Positions 13,831-24,600 of a DNA stretch of 64,000 nucleotides are shown here, one piece after another. Under the pieces are notes generated by a model. That model saw only the letters and a list, made by a program, of their open reading frames with translations. It did no database searches and was not told the origin of the DNA. How positions within the stretch are numbered: position 1 is the stretch's first letter; every line of letters begins with the position of its first letter. The stretch covers positions 1 through 64,000 of the forward strand of contig CDMY01000225.1 in assembly GCA_001179505.1 (NCBI GenBank), written 5' to 3'. Origin of the DNA: Vitrella brassicaformis CCMP3155 (Eukaryota; Protista; Chromerida). A program made the translations under genes and the position numbers.

Positions 13831-13874
13831 GAGGTGCTCGGGCGACAAACGCCTGTGTCAATCTACAACTCCGA

Positions 13875-14442
13875 TGATTCGGTCGGTTCGCAGGGGCGAT
13901 GAACGGATGCTGCCTGCCTGTTTGACTGACTGACTGACTGCAGGTGCGTCAATCGATCGATGTGCATCGCTTCGTGAGTGAGCACAACATCCCAGCCTTG
14001 TCGAAGATGGTGTGTGAGGTCAGCACGGCCCACTCACACCGCCACTCGAACAGTCGGCCAGTCGATCAGCAAATGGCCCACGGTGAGTCTTGTCGTGTCT
14101 CATGATGGCCCGTTCACTTCTGACATGTGTGTCTGTCCGTTCTTATCAGGCCATCGCTGCCTGCATTTTATATTGTGGAGACATACTCGTCGCTTCATCT
14201 CGCATCAACCAGAGGGCTGAGCGATCCAAAGGCACATACACACCGCAGCCAGGCTCCACGCTGCCCTCCACATATGCCCCTCCCCGCCTTCTTGCTTTGT
14301 GTCAGGCGATGGTGGCTTCGACCTGGTCGGCTTCGAAGTGGCGTGTCGACATCTGAATCCCTCCGACTCATTCTCTTTAGATGAGGGTGCACTCATCCAT
14401 ATGTGTGTTGTGTGATCAGAGTCGCCTGCCAACCCGCCCTAG
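13875..14442 (+). CDS. Hypothetical protein whose last exon is shared with the J-domain gene at 16.9-19.2 kb
   Basis: Exons VRQSIDVHRFVSEHNIPALSKMVCE, AIAACILYCGDILVASSRINQRAERSK, DGGFDLVGFEVACRHL.., ESPANPP* (TAG at 14440-14442). Confidence 0.4.
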
Positions 14443-14655
14443 CCGCAGACAGAATCAACCGACATAGAGCTGAAATGACGAGAGAGAATCGACCGACATA
14501 AACGCACAACGTGTCTGTCTGTATGCTCAGAGTCCCCCAAGGCGGACGGACGGCGGACACATGGATGTCTTTGGGTGGCCTCTCTGGTCTCATCCGATCG
14601 TGGGAAAAAAGTAGAACTTTGAGAGGTCCAGCGGCACCACCACCCCCTGCTGACG

Positions 14656-15520
14656 ATGACGCAATTTTCGTCGACCGACCGCTGGCGGCACTACGCCATT
14701 CTCCGCCTCGACCCCTCGTGCGGCCCTAGGGAGCTGCAGAGGCGGTATCGCGAGATGGCCCTGGTAAGAAGCATTGGCAGTGGCTGCCGTACGCGTCGCT
14801 CATTGCCTGTGCCTTATCTGCAGGAGCGGCACCCAGACAAGCTGGGGGGCGACACCAAGGCCTTCCAGGAGCTTCTAGAGGCCTACGAGGCCCTCACCAA
14901 GGAGCTCCAAGGCCAGTCGGTACGCAATACAACAGCACACCATCGAGAGGAACCGCACTGCACTGACTGATGCGACGCCATTCCTTCGTCTCCTCAGCCG
15001 TACCGCCACGCCCGCCGCCCTCTCACCGAGGAGGAGAAGCGATATTTCTTCACGGCGGAGGAATGGGAGGAGATAGAGAGGGAGGTCAGCAGCCACACAC
15101 ACTGACAGACCGAGCTTGCTACATATATGTGCATCCTTCACGGCCTTTTGTGTGTGGATCTGTGTCACAGAAGAGGGAGAGCGCGGAGGTGGTGCGGCGG
15201 TGTCAAGAATGCTTCCGCAAGTACGAGAAGGAGTGGGAGCGCGATAAGGAGGCCGAGAGGACGGCGTACATGCAGCAGCAGCAGCAGAAGCAGAAGCAGC
15301 AGCAGGCCAAGCCCCACCGCCCATCAAGACGGTAACCGTCACCCTGAGGGGCAGCGACGCCGCGCCGTCCTCCCACGTGAGCCAAAACGCCTCCTGGCCC
15401 TCTGCCGATCTCCATTTTCGATGTATGGCTTCTTCTTTTCCTTTGCAGGTGGTGCCCGAGAGTTTAGATGTGCTGCTGAGGGACGTGCTCGACAAGTTCG
15501 GCTACGCTGGACTGCCCGTC
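14656..15520 (+). CDS. J-domain (DnaJ) protein copy A: J domain, coiled coil and truncated ubiquitin-like domain; apparent 1-nt frameshift at about 15312
   Basis: WRHYAILRLDPSCGPRELQRRYREMAL + ERHPDKLGGDTKAFQELLEAYEAL (HPD intact); then RYFFTAEEWEEIERE, a Q-rich coil and VVPESLDVLLRDVLDKFG. Confidence 0.8.
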
Positions 15521-15589
15521 CACGCGGTACACACACGGGATTTGTGTGTGTGTGTGTGTGTGTGTGCGCGACACAGCATTACCTCAGCC

Positions 15590-16056
15590 CAGCACCTGTT
15601 GTCGTGTTTCGCCATTTTGGGTCTGCCGCCGTCGAGCAGTCTGGAGGAGGCCTAAGAGGCCATCACCAAGTACCTCCAGACCGGCCCGGTGAGTGCACAG
15701 AGATTTCACGCTCAAACTGCACTGGCGCTCATTGTCTTAATTACCTTGTCCCTGCCTGTCGTGTGTGGTGTTTCCTCAGACTCACGAGGCCATCCATGAC
15801 ATCCTCAACCGCCGACCACTCACAAGGCAGCCTCTTCACCGCCTCTTCTCCGCCTCTTCGACCACTCACAAGGAGTACTGCCTGCCTCCCCTTGCAGACG
15901 GTATCCGGCGAGCTGGACGACTTTGTGCGGCGGGTGATGGAGAGGTTTGGCATCGACGGGCCCCATGGTGCCGTCCGGCTGTTGGTGCGTGGGCGGCTGG
16001 TGACTTCAACCGAGGAGCTGTGTGAGGGTGATCAACCTTGGCTGCCTGGGCGGTGA
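15590..16056 (+). pseudogene. Degenerate J-domain/ubiquitin-like paralog, copy B
   Basis: CFAILGLPPSSSLEEA*EAITKYLQTGP: J helix I is fused to helix IV, HPD is deleted, and TAA stands where paralogs have TAC. Then an LFTA remnant and ELDDFVRRVMERFG..VRLLVRGRLVTSTEELCEGDQ. Confidence 0.65.
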
Positions 16057-16095
16057 GTCATGTCACGTCTCTGCTCACCTTTGTATTTCTGACGG

Positions 16096-16305
16096 GTGTC
16101 TGCAATCATCGCTGGCTACATCTTATATCCTGAAGTTGGTGCCTTTACTCCCTTGCAGCAGAAGGCCATTTGTCTGGCAACGCATCTGTCTCTTGGCGGC
16201 ATGGAGCCAGCCCTGGTGCCACGCTGGTGGTCGCCAGAGAATGCCGAGGACAGGCGGGACAGATATGGTGTGATTGCATGCGATGAATCGATGATGACCC
16301 AATAA
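16096..16305 (+). pseudogene. Gene fragment (IAGYILYPE..) with homology to about 56990
   Basis: 27-bp stretch 16108-16134 matches 56990-57016 with one mismatch; short ORF. Confidence 0.3.
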
Positions 16306-16919
16306 TGGACTGAATGTATTTGTTGTGCTGGTTTTGATAGTTCTGCTTGTATGGACGAGCTGCAGGGCAAATACAACTAATTCTAGTAAGTTTGGCCGGC
16401 CGGCTGGCTGGTCTGCTCTGGTCTGGTGGGTGCAAATGCGGCACCTACACACCCACCCCCCCTTCCCACACACACTCGCTCATTCATGCCGCTTACATAG
16501 CACGAGTCAAGGACAAAACTGACTGCCAGTTTCAGGTATAAGAAAGTGCGCTACTCACTCGCTGTGTGTGTCTGCAGAGCGCTGCGACGCACGCAAACAT
16601 CCATTGAATGCACCAGAAATATGTTCCATGACGCCCGCACGGCATGACACACGATGAAGGCATCAATGTCGGCACGCTCAAGTGTGTCTGTTTTTCTGTC
16701 TGTCTGTACAGAGTATCCCCATCAGCGAAGCGATCGGATCCCAGCCAACCCGTCGATACCCTCTCCCTCCTTCGATACCCTCACACCCACATGACGACAT
16801 GCTCGCACCCAGCCCCCAGTATCCTCACTCACTGCTGGCGGCATCCGTCTGCACACACCGAATGATTGGACAAACGACACAATGATGACATTTCGAAGTC
16901 ACCACGTGTGTGTGCCGCT

Positions 16920-19210
16920 GACTTGCGTCTGTTGGGGTGTCCTGTTGGTCTGTCGATGTCTCCTGGGTGCCGCTGCCGCTGGAGTACTGACCCTGAGAAC
17001 ACACAATGAAGACAATGAATGGATGTGTCGTGTGCGGTCCCCTCCCTCACTCACGCACCGCTGTCGTGCTCTTGACGGACAAGGAGTAGACGCGCCCCAC
17101 TTCCATCTCGCCCTCGCGCATGGGCTGCGTGTGAGCAGCCTCACTGACGGTCATCTCGCCCGCCTTGGGCAAGGCCTGGCCGTCCAGCCCGACGACCGTG
17201 AAGCTGTGTGGGGTGTTCTCGGCGTTGACGAGCTGCACGACGTCCCATACCTTCGAGTCGGGGTGGATGTCGTCCCTCTTGAGAAATAGGTTGTTCTTGT
17301 CGTACAGCGTCTCGGGGTCGTCCACATCCCCCTTGGACACCGAGATGAGCAGCAGGTTGTTCTTGTCGTACAGCGTCTTGGGGTCACTGTCCCACTTGGA
17401 CACCAGAATGATCTTCTTGCCCTCACTGCTGCCTCCCGTGGGCGGGTTGGCAGGCGACTCTGAACACACGAAACACACATATGGCTGAGTGTCGGTGCGT
17501 CCATGTTTGTCATCTCTCGTCCAGTCCCCTCTCACCCACCTGAGGAGAGTGAGTCGATGTTTGCTTCAGATGTCTGCCTGGGGAACTCATACGGCGGCAC
17601 GGCTGAGGCCGACGGCACATCCCGCGCCACACTGCCCAGCATCTCGCCCACCGCATTCCCCCCACGGCCCTCTCCCCCCTCCACACACGAGCCCTCTGCG
17701 CAGCCCACTTCCGCTCCGGCTCCCCCGACGAAGTGCTGGTCCTTTGGCTGAGCGTTGCCCGACACCGCCGCTGCCGCCGCTGGCTGCTGGCGCTCAAAGT
17801 TCTGAGGGCGGAGAATCGGGGGGCGGGGATAGACCGTAGCGAAACGCGGGACACTGCTGCTGCGGCTCGGCCGTGTCGCCGGATGAACGGGTGGCCGGCC
17901 GGGCGTCGCTGTGCGTCTGGGTGTGGGCTTGTGCGACGGGGGGCTGGGGGCGTCGGGTGGGTAGGTGGGTGGCGGAGGGGGCGGCGCTGCAGACGCACTG
18001 CCGATGTCCGACGTCTTCCGTCGAGGCATCGGCGGCGAGGCGGACTTGCTGGTTGACTGAGATGGGGACGGGGGCGCCTTGTGGCTCCTGCCGCTGGTCG
18101 TGTGGGAGTCCTCTTGCCCGAGCACGTTCTGCCACTTGGCGCGCACCGGCTTCACGTAGTCCTCCATGAACTCCTCCTTGGGGCGCATGTCCTTCTTGCC
18201 GACTCTCCTCTGTGTCACACAGCACAAAGGTGGTCTGGGTGAGTGTGCGGCTGGTCTTCGCTCCTCACCTCATGCTCATGTTGCTGGTAATCCTCCTCGG
18301 CCTGACGGAGTTGTTCTTTGTAGTGGCGGGCTATACAGTCTTGCTTCCAGCTAAACTCCTCCCTCCGCTCCATCCTCTGTAATACACACCACACACAGCA
18401 CACCGGACGTGCTGTGTGAGTAGGTGACCCGTCCATCAAGAGTGTGTGGCTGGTCCTCGCCTGTCACTTGCGGGTGGAAGAAGTCCTGCCCGCAGGCGCT
18501 GAAAGGCCTCCCACTCGGCGTTCAACTCGCGGTCCCACTTCTCATACAGCCTCGCCCTCTGTGCACGCGACACACACATACGCAAATCCACACAGACAAA
18601 GGAGATTTGAGCCTTGCAAGGGTTCCAAGGGTGTGTGCATTAGTGGGCCTTTGTCTGTCTGTGTGTGTGTCGGTAAGTGGGTGTGTTGTGACCTTCTGGC
18701 GCAGCTCCTCTGCGGTGCACGTGGTCCACCTCGTCCTCTCGCTCGTGGGGGCGAAGTGGCCGAAGTGACAGTCGTCGCGGCAGCGCGAGTGGGCGGCAAC
18801 GGCGCTCTCCACCTGCGTGAAGAAACGAACACAACGCAGACACGCAGGCACGGCGGGTACGCACCAGTATGGGTGAGCAGTGCGGCAACTTTCTCCTCTG
18901 CTCTGCCGTGTTGTTGTGTTGCGCACCTGGCGCTCCTCTAGTTCCTTGCGCAGGGCCGCGTAGGCCTCCTGCAGGTGTTGGAATCCCTCCTTGGTGCCGC
19001 CCTTATCGGGATGGCGGTACGGCCCCTCCTGCAGACAGCGCACAAACGATGACGATGCACACGGCGGGCCAGTCCGCATCTGTCTGCGGTTCTTCTTACC
19101 ACCGCGAGCTCCAGGTACTTCTTCCGGATATCCTCGACGCTGCTCGTCGTCGGCAGGCCGAAAAGGGCCCAATGTCGCTGCAGATCAGCCGATGACGATG
19201 ACGAAGGCAT
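16920..19210 (-). CDS. J-domain (DnaJ) protein copy C: J domain, coiled coil, Pro/Ser-rich linker and C-terminal beta-grasp-like domain
   Basis: ATG at 19210: MPSSSSSADLQRHWALFGLPTTSSVEDIRKKYLELAV + EGPYRHPDKGGTKEGFQHLQEAYAALRKELEER; ORF 17532-18227 linker; ORF 17047-17535 C-terminal domain; tail ..DQQDT. The 3' end is approximate. Confidence 0.75.
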
Positions 19211-19313
19211 GGCTATGGTAAGAAAATATCGCCAGACACGGGGTACGAAAAGGAGAGGCGACGGGGCGGATTCCAAGACGGATTCCGATGCGAGCTTGAG
19301 GTCTGTAAACTTG

Positions 19314-20191
19314 TAGGAATCCGCAAGTCCCAGGCAGATCGTATGACATTCTCGGCCTGCACCCATCGAGCAGCCTCAATGATCTGCAGAACCGCTATCG
19401 GTCGCTGGCGAGGAGAACCGCAGAGAGAGCCGCACTGCACTGACCCACCGTGTCGACCGTCAGCATCGTTTGTGCGCTGTCTGCAGGAGGGACCGTACCG
19501 GCACACAGATAAGGGCGGCAGCAAGGAGGCCTTCCAACACCTGCAGGAGGCCTACGAGGGCTTCACCAAGTACTGTACCTCCAGACAAACCCGCACCCGG
19601 TACGCACCACAACATCACGTTAGGACAGCAAGGCAGAGAGTGGCCCTCATTCTTTGACGCTTTCGTTTCCTCAGCATTTCCTCAGGCACCGCTGTACTTC
19701 GACCCGGCGGACCTCAACAGCAAGCGCTTCCTCTTCACCGCCGCGGAGTGGGATGAGATACAGCGCGACGTAAGCAGCCACCCGCTGACCAAGCCACACG
19801 CACCGTGCCATGCAAGCTGCCCCCCTGTGTGTGCGTGTGTGTTGGATACATACGTGCAGCTCGCCGAGTGCCGGGAGAGGTACCGCGTCGCCGCCGAGCA
19901 CAACCGTCGGTGCGAGGAGGCCTTGAGAAGGGAGAGGGAGGAGAGGGAGAGGGCCGCACGCGAGAGCGACCACGAGACCGCCACCCAGAGCCGTCATGGG
20001 CAGCCCTCCCCACCACCACGCCACCATCAGCCCTGCCCCCCCCCAAGGACGTCCCCCTGCCGCCCTTCTTATCGTCCCCGTCGGTGGCGTCGCCGGACTC
20101 GGCCGCATCGGCAGAGAAGCAGGACACACACAGTCACACAGCGACGCACGAACGTCAGCAGCGCACACATGGCGACACGTGGCGACTTTGA
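19314..20191 (+). pseudogene. J-domain paralog copy D, probable pseudogene
   Basis: YDILGLHPSSSLNDLQNRYRSLA + EGPYRHTDKGGSKEAFQHLQEAYE (HPD changed to HTD). The GT donor present in copy C is deleted, a 5-bp TGTAC insertion sits at about 19574, the C-run 20036-20044 is one base short, no in-frame ATG follows the TAA at about 19306, and the ubiquitin-like domain is absent. Confidence 0.7.
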
Positions 20192-20636
20192 TTCTTCATT
20201 GTGTTGTTTTCCAATCGTTGTGTGCAGACGGATGTCGCACGCAGTGAGTAAAGATTGTTGGGGCTTGATAAGGGTAGGGTGTGTGCGGGTGCGGCTGCTC
20301 GTGTGCTCTCACGTCATCCTCCCGGCCAGGGGAGGAATATGTGTATTGGTAGCACATTGAACACTTTTTGCCTTCCTGGATGGGTGGGTGGGTGGGTGGG
20401 TGGACTGACTTGGGTGGCGTGTTGTCCTATGCAAATTATGTACAGGCATACAGACAGACAGTCGCCAAGATACACAAATGTGCTCTCACACACACACGCA
20501 CGCACACACACACAACACAGTGCAGAGCACCAGACACTGCTCACCACTCATGGCATTGCCCTTCAGCGGCACCAGCCGCCAATCGTTCCCCACACCTCTG
20601 TGCACATCAGCTCAAACAGATCAGGACGCCAGCGCG

Positions 20637-21538
20637 ATGAGAAAACGGCCAATTTGGCCCCCATCATGCCCCCCCGTCTCGCCGACATTCCCAAACAAAA
20701 TGATGAGCCCAAACACATGGTATCGCACACACGCCCATGACATGCACCACTACTGTGTTGCTGCATCCATTTTGTCTCGATATGCACTGCCGTCCATGTG
20801 TCACAGGATGCTTGCGTGGAGCGAGAGGATAGAACGGGAGAGGCAGGCTGCAACACGCAAGTCTACCAGCCTGCAGCGCTCGGCGTCTTCAAGTTTCGTT
20901 AATGTCTTTAACAGCACTCCCTCCAACCTGAAGATGTCTGCCTTCGAGGCTTCCCTCGGCCACGGTAAGGACGCAAAGGCGCGGCCGCCAATCTACCGCC
21001 CGGAGAACAGTCTGAGGGGGCCGCGGTCACTGCTCGACCTGATACTCGAAGAGAAGACAGCCACTCAGCCAAAGGCGGCGGAGAAGGCGACCTCAACTGT
21101 CGAGTGCCGTTTGCGGGAGGGAAGCCGCCTCAAGAGAGCTGTGGCACAGGGGATGATGGCCAAGAAAAGACCACCAGCCCCTCTGCCCAAGCTGAATCTG
21201 GATGACTTCCACCGTGGCTACGAGTCGATGTCTCGCCCACAAACGGCACACAGGTGAGCGGTGGGAGGAGAGACACGGGCACTACCATGCAGCGGCGCAT
21301 CGATCTTACTGCTTGTACGTCTCATGTCAGGGCTCTCATTGCCCCCCGTGTGCAGAGGCCGCCATCTGTCAACAAAGCAGACATGTCGAAGGCCTCGGCC
21401 CGGACTCAGCGCAGCGACAGAAGCCGCCAGTCGGTACCGGCCAGCCTCTCAGCTGAGCTACAGCAGCTGGTAAAAGAAGAGGTGCGGAAGGCGATTCGAG
21501 AGGTCGTCACGGACCGCAACAAGGCAAAGGATGCATGA
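20637..21538 (+). CDS. Hypothetical low-complexity protein with C-terminal helix
   Basis: Long exon MLAWSERIERERQAATRK..SRPQTAH, then RPPSVNK..LQQLVKEEVRKAIREVV..KDA*. Confidence 0.55.
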
Positions 21539-21687
21539 ATTGTCAAAGACGGGCGGTTTTGTGTCAGTGAAAGGAAAGGGACTCCTGTGTGGCCATCGCC
21601 ACTCACCATATCATCGCACATCAATAAATACATGTGTCCACAATATCAACGCACTGAATAAGAAATTCGAACCAGTTATGGACCAAG

Positions 21688-24600
21688 CTAGCGGCCCTCA
21701 CTAATCGGCGCGTCAGCGAGACTGCCTGCAAAACAGAGCGGAGAAGGAAAGTCCGAGGGCGTGAGAGGCAATGTCCCATCGTGTGACCTTGCTCTGAGCA
21801 TGTATGCGGCGCTGCCCGTCTCATAGATGGACGCCGACTGACGCAGACGGTCTCGCAGACTACCTTGGTGCCTCAATGGCCCTTCATCTGTCTCTCCTTG
21901 CCCCCCACTGACCATGTCTCCAGTTGCCCCACCATCTTGCTGACCGTCATTGTCGCCCCCTCTTTGTTGTTCTTGCTGCTGCTGCTGCTGCTGCCACTGA
22001 GCCATCCAGTAGGCGAAGTACGGCAAGTAAGACGGATGGATGGGAGGATACGACGATGCCAAATCTGCCCCTTGTCCCGACGGCACCTGCTGAGGCATCA
22101 GCGTCACTGCCGGCATGGAGTGCCTCCCACCTCCAATTGCAGTGAAGGGCCGCGACATCCGTGGGATCTGCAGGTGAGTAGGCATTTGGGCGCTGGATGG
22201 CCTTCTCACATCCTGCTGTGCCAGCCACGAGCTCCACGCCATCAATCGGGGGTCGTTTGGGGGGAGCACAGCCTTCGGGCTGAAAGGCAGGAGTGCGTAA
22301 GGATGACGCGAGGACCGTTGGGTGGGGATGGGGGAGATGGGACGGGAGTGCAATGGAGACGACCGATAGGAAGGTCCCGATATCGTCACCGCACTCGGCG
22401 GCCGTGTGGAGCTCGGCAACCGTGTTGACGTTATGTTCGAAGGGTGTCGCGAGGGCTTCTGGGCCATCCGCTTCGGCGGGTGCTGTCTCCTTGACAATTC
22501 GAGTCCAGTAGCTGACGCCGATGCCGACAGCGGCCTATTGTTTGCCTTCAATTCCTGCTCCTCAGGGATGTCCTCCAACAAGTATGGCGGCAACGTCATT
22601 GGCGGTGGGCTGGGTGCAGGGGCCGACACAGGCCGGCCTGGGGAGGTTGTCGCCCGCTTGCCAGATCTCTGGGAGGGCGGGACGGCCGCGCGGACGATGG
22701 AAGGCGCGGAGACTTGCCTAATAGAACGGAGAGAGGACGATGAAATCATGTTTTTGCTGCTTTCATCTTACCTTTTCATGGAGCGCTCGGGCACCGACAA
22801 CGACGAGGCAGCCATCCGAGAGTCTTGTGGGGCTATCTCGCTTCTGGATGACCGACTTGCCGTCGCGCTCTGCGGTCTCAGTGTGGTCCGCGAGGCGCGA
22901 GTGGTGTATGTTGGCCGAGCCGACAAGAACAAAGGTGTGTTAATGTAGCCAGACAGCAAGGCCATCGGCTGGCCGCCGCCTGTGTTTGGCCTCGGGGAAT
23001 AGCCGGCTTGCGATGCGTCGGCACTGAGAGGGCGGAGGGTCCGTCTCCCTCCGCGTGGGGCGGTGTCGACTGTGGTGGGCTGGCCCTTCCACAACAGTGC
23101 CAGCTCCTGCATCGATCAACCGATGACAAGAGAATACACAGTATGTGGGTCGTTGTGAGTGTATGTGAGGTGCACCTGAACTGCTCTGGCTTCGTCGGGG
23201 GGCAGGTCGTCAAAGAGCTCTTCCTCCTTAGAGGCCTCGTGATCGAGCGCCGCCCGGCCCACAGGACTCTCGTCGTGCAGCAACGCACTCGGAATCGCCG
23301 TCGACTCCTGCAGGCGAAAGATGAGCAAGAAGGTGACGAGGTGGATAACTCTTTTCTTTTGTCGTCTCTCACCTGTCTCAGTGCCATGAAAGTGTCCATG
23401 TCTTCCGTCCAATCTGGAGCATAGGATCCTGCCTGGAAGCAGTCAAGCCACTCGCTGGGGAGGGGCAGGCTGTTGCTGTAAGGGATCAGAGGCAGATACG
23501 CGTCGCGGCAAGGAGACACCCTATACACACAGACATGAAAAGGGGAGGGATGTGTGAAGGGGTGCAGGGTTTCCCTCCTCGATGACCTGAGGTATTGAGT
23601 GGGAACTTGCAAGTCCTTCTGCAACCCCAGTGTCAGCTTCAGCGAAGCACCGCCGTACCGCCGAGAAAACAAGAAGACATACGTCTGCTGCTTGGCATAA
23701 GACACGCTCTGAAGCCTACATACGCAGGGACACGATTCATTCAAAAATCTTTCCCGCCTCCCCACCCACGTGCACCTTGAGAGCGACAGGCTGCCCATGG
23801 CCAGCACCCGCTGTCCCTGCCGCAGACGACCGCCAACGAGCAACGACCCGGTCTTGGACGAAGCCGCCAGGAGGCTGCAGCACAGGAGACGAGAGGAGAA
23901 ATCCACTTTAGTGTCTCCGTTGATTGGTTTCACTTACCCTGGAGCGATGTCTGATTCCTCCCTGAACCTGCTGCTCTCGGAGTCCTTGTCGTTGATTACC
24001 GCCTCTGGTGGGAGGACCTGCAACCGAGGAAGGCGTAAAAGGCTCTGGATGGTCAAACTGACACAGCGGGAGACAGCACATCAGTGCCCACGCACCTGTA
24101 CAAGGAATAGCTCGAGCCCCTCTTCGCGGAAGAGATCGTGAAACAGAGGCTCCTTCGAGAAGATGTACTTGACCACCAGCCGATTGATGTGCGTCTGCAC
24201 AAATATATCAGTCCGCCGAACCCATAGATACCAAGGACACCACGACAAATGCATGGAGTGCACGGCACCGGGTCTGTGGCGAGCACGTCGATGGGGATTC
24301 TGCGTGTCTGCCCAAAGAGTTTCATCACGATAATCAGTTTGGACGTCAGTGACCGCTTTCGCAAGTCGGCCGTGAGCTCCTCAATCGTGTGGAAGAACAG
24401 CATCTGGACAGATCAAGCATCGGCCATCCAACAACGCTTTTTCTCCAGCCTTGTACGTACCATTCTCCATTGGTACAGCTTTGCCGGCAGCGGCGCGGCT
24501 GAGGGACTCATCCCTTCCTGCAGACCGTACAAGTGGGCATCAAGCACACACGGAAATAAGCAAGGATAATCCTATAGTCGATCACCTTGAAGGCGACGGT

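Noticed and set aside
17280-17400. Direct repeats resembling a mini CRISPR array
   Set aside because: Only two copies, in frame within an exon of a eukaryotic gene, with no spacers and no cas genes.
22406-23424. Plus-strand ORFs of 138-187 aa
   Set aside because: Antisense shadows of the large minus-strand gene's GC-rich exons.
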